Position numbers and translations under genes: made by a program. A stretch of DNA of 64,000 nucleotides from positions 791 through 64,790 of the IMG/VR virus record IMGVR_UViG_3300039106_000282; one strand, written 5' to 3'. Under the pieces are notes generated by a model. It searched no databases. It saw only the letters and a program-made list of their open reading frames with translations, and was not told where the DNA came from. This DNA is from a virus. Taxonomy: Duplodnaviria > Caudoviricetes. Below are positions 56,137-63,777 of this stretch, piece by piece (positions within the stretch are counted from its first letter, which is position 1; the number at the start of each line of letters is the position of its first letter).

Positions 56137-56237
56137 TGATACCTGTTTCCGTTTAAGACGGTGAGCTACGCGATTGATTTTGGTCGCGCGTGGGTGTTAA
56201 AAATGATACCTGTTTCCGAATAAGACGGTGAGCTACG
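56137..56237. repeat. 34-bp direct repeat pair (56137-56170, 56204-56237), 32/34 identical
   Basis: TGATACCTGTTTCCG(TT/AA)TAAGACGGTGAGCTACG; the core TTTAAGACGGTGAGC recurs at 58050-58064. Confidence 0.9.
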
Positions 56238-56707
56238 TGGACGATTTTGATTTACCTGCGTTAACTTCGGTTCTTCTGTATTATGCTCTTTTCTGTGCGA
56301 GATGACATTTGTGTTACAATTACGCTTAGTTTACCAAACTTACTTTAAAAAAGTTAAAAGTTACACCTAGTTTACGTCGATTCGAATTCCCGTTCTGCAG
56401 AAATTTTGCAAAGTGCGTTTCTAGGAAAAGTTTTTTCGTGCACCTAAAATGCAAGGGTTCTAGTCTTTACTACTACTACTACTACTATTTATTTAATAAT
56501 ATATATAAGAAAAAAATATATATATTTTCGTGTATTTTTGTCCCTGTGATATACGTTGTATGGTTGTAATTATAAAAATATTTTCGCCTCCTCTCGCTCT
56601 CTCTCAAAATTTCAAATAAATATAACTGCACATAACACTTTCTTCTACACGCCGCGTCCTATATACGCTAAAAAAACTTAATCAACTCCCGTAAATTACT
56701 TACCCCC

Positions 56708-56736
56708 TTGCGTTTCGGGAATTCGGAGTGTAAAAT
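56708..56736 (+). promoter_or_regulatory. sigma70-type promoter
   Basis: TTGCGT-17 bp-TAAAAT upstream of 56781. Confidence 0.6.
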
Positions 56737-56780
56737 GACCCTAAATCCTCCCTTTTTACCAAAAAAACAACAAAATTACC

Positions 56781-58040
56781 ATGAAAACAACAGACCTAGC
56801 AAAACAAGCAAAAATACCCTATGCAACCATGAGAATTGCCCTACTCGAAGCCAACCGACTCAACCGCCTCTACCACAAAGACTTCCTAGCATACTCTCGT
56901 GCAATAAACAATACCCCCAACAAATTAGAAATCCGCCGAGCGGAAAAAGAAAAAGCTCACCTTGCGCAGGTAGCTCTTCGAGATAAAACCAATGCAGTCT
57001 ATGACGAGTTGTATGCAATGACTCACTACGAGTACGAGGTAGAACATAAAAAAACATTAGGGACTATCACCATAGTAAAACCCTTTGTTAAAAAAACCCT
57101 AGATGCTTTAATGCAGGCACACGCACCCGTAAAAGACGCCAAGCCACGCGAACCACTAACACAGGCATACCTACACCTAAAACTCGCCTATGAGCCCTTT
57201 ACGGGCGAAATAACCTACAATGAAGGCTCTCGTGCAGACAAAAGCGCAATCTACACCCATGCAAAACCTAAAAAACCCAGAGCGCAACGCCTAGACCTCA
57301 ATAGATTGCCGCTAAGAGCCAAAAACACCCCGCCCTTGCACAAAGGGTGGCATACGTACACAACGGACGACTATGCCCTATTAGACGACGATTTAAGAGC
57401 ACAGTGCATCAAACGCTACTATCTCGAGCGCAACCCAGATAAAACATCCATCCATGCAACCATTAGAAAAGCCTACTATATTAGAGAGCGCGTGATGCAC
57501 CCGCGTGTAAGCCTAAATAGCACAACATACAGCCCACAAGCCATTGCCTACCTCTACATGGGCGCAGGAGGGCGGTTTGATTACACGGGCGGACTAGATA
57601 ACATCCAGCGCATACAAGAAGAAGTCCTGTGCGAACCTTACGGCATACGCAACATTAGCCCAAAGACAAATAAAATCTGTGCATACCCATGCAGGGACGG
57701 CAACCCACTCAACTATAAATGGGAAAACATAAAGCCAGAGCCAGTGAACTCGGCAACACTAACAAGAGTACCAACACAGGCAACCAAGAAGAAGAACCCG
57801 TACACAAGTACGGAATCAAAACCAAGACGCTGGACGGTGAGCACAGAGCGAAACATACGCATAGAAGGAAGCACCTACACGGTGCATGGTATGGGGCGTG
57901 GGAATAAAGTCACCGTGTGTCACACATGGGAGGATGCAGTCACCGTATTTAATATACAGTTAAAGAGAATAAAAGGGCACAAGCAAACACTACGCAACGG
58001 TAACATCATGATAACTGTTCCTCGAAGAGACAAGGCATAG
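56781..58040 (+). CDS. basic hypothetical protein with a degenerate HNH-endonuclease-like core
   Basis: 419 aa; YEPFTGEI, YSPQAIAYLYMG and RDGNPLNYKWENI echo HNH_3 family motifs but lack the catalytic His residues. Confidence 0.65.
   Translation: MKTTDLAKQAKIPYATMRIALLEANRLNRLYHKDFLAYSRAINNTPNKLEIRRAEKEKAHLAQVALRDKTNAVYDELYAMTHYEYEVEHKKTLGTITIVKPFVKKTLDALMQAHAPVKDAKPREPLTQAYLHLKLAYEPFTGEITYNEGSRADKSAIYTHAKPKKPRAQRLDLNRLPLRAKNTPPLHKGWHTYTTDDYALLDDDLRAQCIKRYYLERNPDKTSIHATIRKAYYIRERVMHPRVSLNSTTYSPQAIAYLYMGAGGRFDYTGGLDNIQRIQEEVLCEPYGIRNISPKTNKICAYPCRDGNPLNYKWENIKPEPVNSATLTRVPTQATKKKNPYTSTESKPRRWTVSTERNIRIEGSTYTVHGMGRGNKVTVCHTWEDAVTVFNIQLKRIKGHKQTLRNGNIMITVPRRDKA
57795..57817. promoter_or_regulatory. 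palindromic site copy 3 (intragenic)
   Basis: AACCCGTAC-ACAA-GTACGGAATC. Confidence 0.65.
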
Positions 58041-58080
58041 CCGGACTTTTTTAAGACGGTGAGCGACTAAAAATAAGGAC

Positions 58081-58109
58081 TTGACAACCGAAGTAAACTA
58101 GCGTATAAT
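58081..58109 (+). promoter_or_regulatory. consensus sigma70 promoter
   Basis: TTGACA-17 bp-TATAAT, a perfect consensus. Confidence 0.9.
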
Positions 58110-58173
58110 ATTACCCAGAAGTCGAGAAATGCATTAACAAAAACAACAACAACATAACAACGGAGTAAACAAC

Positions 58174-58452
58174 ATGAACACATATTTTTTAAGACATAAA
58201 GTAGCATTTGAAGAGTTGAACATTGATGACCAATGCAACATATTAAACAATCTTCAAGAGGCTCATGATAAAGGGAACTACATCTCTATTCGTGGTGAAG
58301 ACATGGAAGACTGTGAAGAAGTGTATGCAACTCTTTATGGTTGCTACCAGCTCACACCTGATGAAGTATTTGACTACTACGACAATGGAGGGCAATGGAC
58401 ATACTTAGAGCCTGCCCAACTATACAAAGAATTTACAGGGATAGACTTATAA
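58174..58452 (+). CDS. acidic hypothetical early protein
   Basis: 92 aa; GGAG RBS after an A/C-rich leader. Confidence 0.75.
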   Translation: MNTYFLRHKVAFEELNIDDQCNILNNLQEAHDKGNYISIRGEDMEDCEEVYATLYGCYQLTPDEVFDYYDNGGQWTYLEPAQLYKEFTGIDL

Positions 58453-58555
58453 AACAATTAAACGCCCCATCCAGAGGTGGGCTAAAACGCTGGAGGGTAG
58501 AGGAGTGACGCCTATATAGTTTGTAATCCTTAGTTGCTGGCTCTACCACTTAACA

Positions 58556-58577
58556 AACCGTACTCGAGTACGGAATC
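58556..58577. promoter_or_regulatory. palindromic site copy 4
   Basis: AACCGTAC-TCGA-GTACGGAATC, just upstream of the AGGAG RBS of 58599. Confidence 0.75.
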
Positions 58578-58598
58578 AACACATAACAGGAGATACAC

Positions 58599-58811
58599 AT
58601 GAAAATTAGAATAAACAAAAAACAACTGATGCAAGGCGTCAAGTTCGATTACATAGTGGTAAATAAACCAGACGTGGGGAAAAAGATTAAGTTTTATTAT
58701 TCGGGTAACTTGTTTATTATTATTGACCACTATGATAATAATACATTCTACACATTTAACGACTACGAGTCGTTTAGAAAAAAAGTAAATGACATTATAG
58801 AAGACTGGTAA
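58599..58811 (+). CDS. hypothetical early protein
   Basis: 70 aa, AGGAG RBS. Confidence 0.7.
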   Translation: MKIRINKKQLMQGVKFDYIVVNKPDVGKKIKFYYSGNLFIIIDHYDNNTFYTFNDYESFRKKVNDIIEDW

Positions 58812-58831
58812 ACCCTATATAAATCAAGCAC

Positions 58832-58860
58832 TTGACACAGCCTAACAATAGGCGTAGAAT
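58832..58860 (+). promoter_or_regulatory. sigma70-type promoter
   Basis: TTGACA-17 bp-TAGAAT. Confidence 0.8.
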
Positions 58861-58954
58861 ATAAACCTAGTAAAGAGTCATCCCCTCAAGGGATTGCAGT
58901 AATTGAATCGAGGTGCAATGCACCTTAAACACAGACCGAAACATAGAGGTATTT

Positions 58955-59125
58955 ATGAACATATATTCAAAAGATAGTGACGGGGGTATCACGCACTGCT
59001 GGTCATTTAGTACACGGTATCAAGCTGAGAAGTTTTTAAGAGACCTGCGAAGAGCAGGACGTATGACTCACTGGTATGTCATATCAAGTCTTGATTACGA
59101 CAAAGCTAAACGGAGATACGCATGA
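58955..59125 (+). CDS. hypothetical early protein
   Basis: GAGGT RBS before ATG 58955; ATGA overlap with the next gene. Confidence 0.6.
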   Translation: MNIYSKDSDGGITHCWSFSTRYQAEKFLRDLRRAGRMTHWYVISSLDYDKAKRRYA

Positions 59126-59712
59126 ACGCAGTTCACATCACACAGGGTAGCGGCAAGATGACTGGCATACAGTCAATCAATACGCCGACCACAACAAACG
59201 AGTTCTGCCTTAATATGCGTAAGGTTAAGGCTAATGCAATATGTAAAAAGTGTTATGCCTTCAGATACGAGTCGTATCGCCCATTGCTGGTTGAGGCACT
59301 CAAGCGCAACTTGTTTTTAGCAGAGCGTTACCTAGAGGTAGGTGAGATACCCACAATCAGCGATGACATCGCACGCTTTGACAGCTATGGTGAATTGATT
59401 AACCTCATTCACTTCGTTAACTATATGTACATCGCGGCGGCTAACCCGCAAACCATCTTTACACTGTGGACTAAGCGGCTCGACATCGTGCAAGAAGCAC
59501 TGCTCACACGCAGTAAGCCCGACAACATGATACTGATATATAGCTCACCAGTAGTAGACAAACAAGCTGTACTACCTGCTGGCTTTGATAAAGTCTTCAC
59601 GTCATACACTAAACAACGTGCATGGGGTATCAACTGTCACGGGGCGTGCAACACCTGTCGTTTGTGCTACTCACACAACGATACAACACATATCCACGAA
59701 ATCATAAAGTAA
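59122..59712 (+). CDS. GP88-like Cys-rich protein
   Basis: SGKM...C...C..CYA, RFDSYGE, FTLWTK, C-terminal C.GACNTCRLCY. Confidence 0.7.
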   Translation: MNAVHITQGSGKMTGIQSINTPTTTNEFCLNMRKVKANAICKKCYAFRYESYRPLLVEALKRNLFLAERYLEVGEIPTISDDIARFDSYGELINLIHFVNYMYIAAANPQTIFTLWTKRLDIVQEALLTRSKPDNMILIYSSPVVDKQAVLPAGFDKVFTSYTKQRAWGINCHGACNTCRLCYSHNDTTHIHEIIK

Positions 59713-59732
59713 CCCGTTTATAAACGGGTTAC
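59709..59732. repeat. perfect 24-bp palindrome
   Basis: GTAACCCGTTTATAAACGGGTTAC. Confidence 0.85.
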
Positions 59733-59751
59733 AAACACTAAACATAATCGA

Positions 59752-59775
59752 GATTCCGTGCACAAGTACGGAATC
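59752..59775. promoter_or_regulatory. palindromic site copy 5
   Basis: GATTCCGTGC-ACAA-GTACGGAATC, just upstream of the AGGAG RBS of 59791. Confidence 0.75.
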
Positions 59776-59790
59776 ATACAGGAGAACATC

Positions 59791-60642
59791 ATGGCAATCT
59801 CAAACAGTGCAATGCTCTGCACATTAAACATCTCAATCTGGACAGCACGCAAGCTCGACAAGAAAGTATCTCAAGACGTAGACACAGCGAACAGCACAAT
59901 GACAAAAGCAGGTAACTACCACAAGAACTTGCTGGCAGGTGATGACTCACTTGCCAAGATACAAAAGATTGCGAGTGAGGCTCGCACCTACCACTCACGG
60001 TACACATCACCGTGGAATGACAACGGGCAACGCTTATTAACTACTGCGTACTTCCTTGAGTACAAACGTACGATGGGTGACTATGAGCGCAAGTTCTGGG
60101 ATGAGGTTGATGCGTTTCTACCTCAGTACACCTTAAAGATTAGTGCCGCCGCGTTTCAATTAGGTAAGCTGTTTGACCGTGACGAGTACCCCGAAGAAGA
60201 TAAAGTACGTAACAAGTTTAGCTTTGGTATTTCCTTTATACCTGTTCCCCAATCGGGGGACTTCCGCGTTGACATTCAAGCGGAGGAGGTTGCAGAACTC
60301 CGTAGACAATATGACGAGATGTATGAGTACAACATACAGAAAGTAAACCGTGATGCGTGGGATAGGTTATATGACAGCCTCACTCAACTGAGCTTTGGCT
60401 TGCGCACTAACAACGATGGTACAAAGGGCAAGATATACGACAGCGTGTATTCATCAGCGTCCGAGCTGTGCGAGTTACTGCGCCACCTCAATATAAACAA
60501 TGACACGCAACTGGAGGATATGCGCCAGCGTCTTGAGGATACCATCATGGGTATTGATACGAAGGACATTAAACAGAGCGACTTCATGCGCTCACAAATT
60601 AAACAAGAAGTCGATGCTATGCTCGACAAATGGAACGACTAG
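59791..60642 (+). CDS. DUF3150-like helical protein
   Basis: AGGAG RBS before ATG 59791; ISIWTARKLD, PW...G.RLL, LF...EYP....VR.KF. Confidence 0.7.
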   Translation: MAISNSAMLCTLNISIWTARKLDKKVSQDVDTANSTMTKAGNYHKNLLAGDDSLAKIQKIASEARTYHSRYTSPWNDNGQRLLTTAYFLEYKRTMGDYERKFWDEVDAFLPQYTLKISAAAFQLGKLFDRDEYPEEDKVRNKFSFGISFIPVPQSGDFRVDIQAEEVAELRRQYDEMYEYNIQKVNRDAWDRLYDSLTQLSFGLRTNNDGTKGKIYDSVYSSASELCELLRHLNINNDTQLEDMRQRLEDTIMGIDTKDIKQSDFMRSQIKQEVDAMLDKWND

Positions 60643-60652
60643 GAGAATAACA

Positions 60653-61723
60653 ATGAAACCATACAGCTCAATCACAATGCAGAACGCTATTGACTTAATC
60701 AACGCCATCGGCGACACAACCACAGTGTTGGTACAGGGCGAGATGGGGATAGGCAAGTCGTCCATCCTTAAATCACTACAGCAACAACACCCCGACCACA
60801 TCACCTGCTACGTAGACATCACAACTAAGGATGTCGGTGACTTCCTTGTACCACAGGTGCGCCAGCTAGACGGTACGTCTGTATGCTCATTCATACCCAA
60901 CGAAGAGTTTGGCTTTCACTTACGTAAGCCTGTGATTATTATGCTCGATGAGATAGGCAAGGCTAGTAAGTCTGTGATGAATGCTTGCTTGCGGTTAATG
61001 CTCGAGCGTAAGCTCGGCACACATAGCCTGCCCGAAGGGTCTATTGTGTTTGCAACAACCAACCTATCAGCAGAGGGTATCGGCGACAACCTACCACCTC
61101 ATGCACGTAATAGAGTAGACGTGGTTAAGGTACGCAAACCAACCTCAGAAGAGTGGCGTCTTGGCTTTGCTATGGGTGCGGGTGTTGACCCAGTGGTTAT
61201 TGCGACAGCTAACGAGTACCCAGCGATGTTCGCATCGTTCGAAGATTATGAGAAACCAACTCAGAACGAGTACATCTACGACCCACGAGTACCACGTGCG
61301 GCTTTTGTTACACCTAGAAGTATGGAGGCGGCAAGTAATATCCTCAAGCGTTGCCGTCATCTACCCGAAGACGTTTTGTATCATGCATTAATAGGTGTGA
61401 TTGGTGAGCGTGCGACTATGGATATGATGAACATCCTCAAGTTAGATAACACCATGCCTGCATGGAGAGAGATTGTGTCTGAGCCAACTACTACACAAGT
61501 ACCAAGTAACGGCGCATCAGTCTGCCTCATAGTCTCTAAGGCTTTGCATAACGTAGAGAAAGACACGTTCGATGCGTGGATGACGTACTTAAACCGTATG
61601 ACCCGTGAGGCGCAAGCAATGTTCGCTATGTCAGTAATGAGCGGTAAGTCACCCAAGCGTGACGTTGCAGTACGCAACAAAGCATTCACCTCATGGTGTG
61701 TAACTAACGGCTACTTATTCTAG
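60653..61723 (+). CDS. MoxR-like AAA+ ATPase
   Basis: AGGAG RBS before ATG 60653; GEMGIGKS, MLDEIGK, ATTN, TPRS. Confidence 0.88.
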   Translation: MKPYSSITMQNAIDLINAIGDTTTVLVQGEMGIGKSSILKSLQQQHPDHITCYVDITTKDVGDFLVPQVRQLDGTSVCSFIPNEEFGFHLRKPVIIMLDEIGKASKSVMNACLRLMLERKLGTHSLPEGSIVFATTNLSAEGIGDNLPPHARNRVDVVKVRKPTSEEWRLGFAMGAGVDPVVIATANEYPAMFASFEDYEKPTQNEYIYDPRVPRAAFVTPRSMEAASNILKRCRHLPEDVLYHALIGVIGERATMDMMNILKLDNTMPAWREIVSEPTTTQVPSNGASVCLIVSKALHNVEKDTFDAWMTYLNRMTREAQAMFAMSVMSGKSPKRDVAVRNKAFTSWCVTNGYLF

Positions 61724-61732
61724 GAGAGCGGC

Positions 61733-62902
61733 ATGAAAGCAGAAGACCGCATACTCAAAGCGCACATTGCGTTGATGCAAGACACCCGCACCTTAGCCTA
61801 CTCAGGTATTATCATGGTGGGCAAAGCAGTCATTACCGATGACATAGACACAGCCGCTACCAATGGACGTGATGTATTTTATGGTCGTGCGTTTATTGAC
61901 AGCTTAACTGACCAAGAGATACGCGGTCTTGTGTTGCATGAAGCCAAGCACAAACTCTATCAGCATCTATTCATATGGCAGAAACTATTCGAGGAGGATG
62001 CCCAGCTTGCAGGTATAGCCTGTGACTTTGTGATTAACCTTGAGATACTAGACATTGATAGGGGCGGTAGCTTTATTAAGTTGCCCGAGTGTGGGTGTAT
62101 CGATGAGCAGTATCGTGGTATGAATACCGCAGAGGTATACGCTAAACTCAAGGAGCAGTATGGTGATAAGCAAAGCCGTGCCAGTAAGGGGGGTGGTAAA
62201 CTGCCTGAAGAATTAGATGAACATCAGTGGCAAGATGCCGCCTCGCTGTCGCCCGAAGAGAGGGAACAGTTATCTCGTGAAATCGATAGCGCAGTTCGCA
62301 CTGGCGCACTGCTGGCAGGTAAACAAGGTGGCGATGTAGACCGCAGCTTCGAGGCTCTTATGGAATCAAAAGTAGACTGGCGTGAGCAACTGCGTGAGTT
62401 CGTATCATCAACTTGCGCTGGCAAAGGTGACAGCACATGGGCAAAACCAAGTAGACGCTGGCTTTCTCAAGATATCTATATGCCCAGTCAGATTAGTGAA
62501 ACAGTAGGCTCTATGTGCGTTGCGATTGATACATCGGGTTCTATTGATGACGAGGCGATTGCCAAAGCCTTGAGTGAGGTGGTAGCTATATGCGACAATA
62601 CAACTCCAGAGAAGGTTGACCTTCTCTACTGGGATACAGATGTTGCATCCCATGAGCAGTACCGCGAGGATAATTACGCGGGTCTAGTTAACTCTACTAA
62701 ACCTGCTGGCGGTGGTGGTACAGACGTAGGCTGTGTGATGCAGTATATAGATGACAACAAGCTTAAGCCAGAGTGTACGATTATTATCACTGATGGTTAC
62801 ACGGGCTTTCCTAGAGAGCGTCCTACGTATCCTGTGATATGGGTTATTGTTGGCGGTAGTAATGTCGTGCCACCGTTCGGTAGTGTGATTAGGGTGGACT
62901 AG
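61733..62902 (+). CDS. DUF2201-like metallopeptidase plus vWA domain protein
   Basis: TAATNG, HEAKH (HExxH), IACD..IN, MIDAS DTSGS, GGGGTD, ITDG. Confidence 0.88.
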   Translation: MKAEDRILKAHIALMQDTRTLAYSGIIMVGKAVITDDIDTAATNGRDVFYGRAFIDSLTDQEIRGLVLHEAKHKLYQHLFIWQKLFEEDAQLAGIACDFVINLEILDIDRGGSFIKLPECGCIDEQYRGMNTAEVYAKLKEQYGDKQSRASKGGGKLPEELDEHQWQDAASLSPEEREQLSREIDSAVRTGALLAGKQGGDVDRSFEALMESKVDWREQLREFVSSTCAGKGDSTWAKPSRRWLSQDIYMPSQISETVGSMCVAIDTSGSIDDEAIAKALSEVVAICDNTTPEKVDLLYWDTDVASHEQYREDNYAGLVNSTKPAGGGGTDVGCVMQYIDDNKLKPECTIIITDGYTGFPRERPTYPVIWVIVGGSNVVPPFGSVIRVD

Positions 62903-62958
62903 TTATGATAGCATTTTACTGACTAGATAAAGAAACGGGGGAGTGTACAGTTAAGGGG

Positions 62959-63192
62959 GTGAGTAATGAATATACTATAGCATTAGTGCATAGCACTATA
63001 AAAAACCCAGAACCCGATTCAAAATACATTAAGTATTTTGGGGAGAGAGGTGAGCATACTCATATACTGCTACTGCCTAAACACATTCAAGAAAGAGTAT
63101 CAGTATTACGAGTTGCTTCTTTTAACGAGTACATAGAAGGCATAGGCATTAAACTGGGGGCTGAGGTATGCTACATTTGTGAGGAGGAATAA
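62959..63192 (+). CDS. hypothetical protein (possibly truncated by an in-frame TGA at 62920)
   Basis: GTG start; an upstream ATG at 62905 is in frame but interrupted. Confidence 0.55.
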   Translation: MSNEYTIALVHSTIKNPEPDSKYIKYFGERGEHTHILLLPKHIQERVSVLRVASFNEYIEGIGIKLGAEVCYICEEE

Positions 63193-63411
63193 TTGACGTT
63201 ATTAGTAGACTTAGGTAAGAAAACTGCTGTACCATTAGATGACGCTCTCCCTACTCGGGAGATGAAAGTAATATTTTTTGGGGAGGTTAACGAATTAACC
63301 CCGCCTGTGCCAGACAACATAGCTTTACTGCAAGTTGCGCCTATTGGTGAAATTATAGATGGTCTAGGTGTTAATCGGGGTGAGGGGGTGTTCTTAGTAT
63401 GTGAGATATAA
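63193..63411 (+). CDS. hypothetical protein, paralogue of the upstream gene
   Basis: GAGGAGG RBS with TTG start; shared C-terminal motif. Confidence 0.6.
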   Translation: MTLLVDLGKKTAVPLDDALPTREMKVIFFGEVNELTPPVPDNIALLQVAPIGEIIDGLGVNRGEGVFLVCEI

Positions 63412-63416
63412 AAAGA

Positions 63417-63442
63417 AGATTCCGTACTTGCGTACGGAATCT
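63417..63442. promoter_or_regulatory. palindromic site copy 6
   Basis: AGATTCCGTAC-TTGC-GTACGGAATCT, upstream of a GAGGAG RBS. Confidence 0.78.
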
Positions 63443-63540
63443 CTAAGAGAGGAGTAAACACATGAAGCACAAGACTCTAGGATAGGTAGAGATATGTGTG
63501 AATACTCTAGCATAAATAATTTAAGTAGCAAGAGGTCGAT

Positions 63541-63777
63541 ATGATTAAGGTTGTAGAAATTCGTAGTGATGCGTCTAATGTTGTGGAGGATGCTGTAAAT
63601 AGATTGAGTAGTGCAGGGCTTACTATGCAGTTCATAGACAGGCTAACACTTAAGGTATGGAACGGCGACCCCAACTGCCCAGTGCATATGATATGGTTCG
63701 GCTCACTCACTGGGCAGACTAAAACGATAGTAGTAAATAGAATTATTAAGGAGCTGTGTGATGGCAAAGACGCCTGA
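63541..63777 (+). CDS. hypothetical protein
   Basis: 78 aa, GAGG RBS. Confidence 0.6.
   Translation: MIKVVEIRSDASNVVEDAVNRLSSAGLTMQFIDRLTLKVWNGDPNCPVHMIWFGSLTGQTKTIVVNRIIKELCDGKDA

Noticed and set aside
56137-56237. CRISPR array
   Set aside because: Only two repeats, the sequence after each repeat is partly similar (GATTTTG...GTTAA), and there is no cas operon. The Cas4-like nuclease at 8052 is a normal phage replication gene. Kept only as an unexplained repeat.
62905-62922. Genome-wide stop-codon reassignment
   Set aside because: Long genes are intact under code 11, and TGA, TAG and TAA all serve as real stops. This is a single isolated case.
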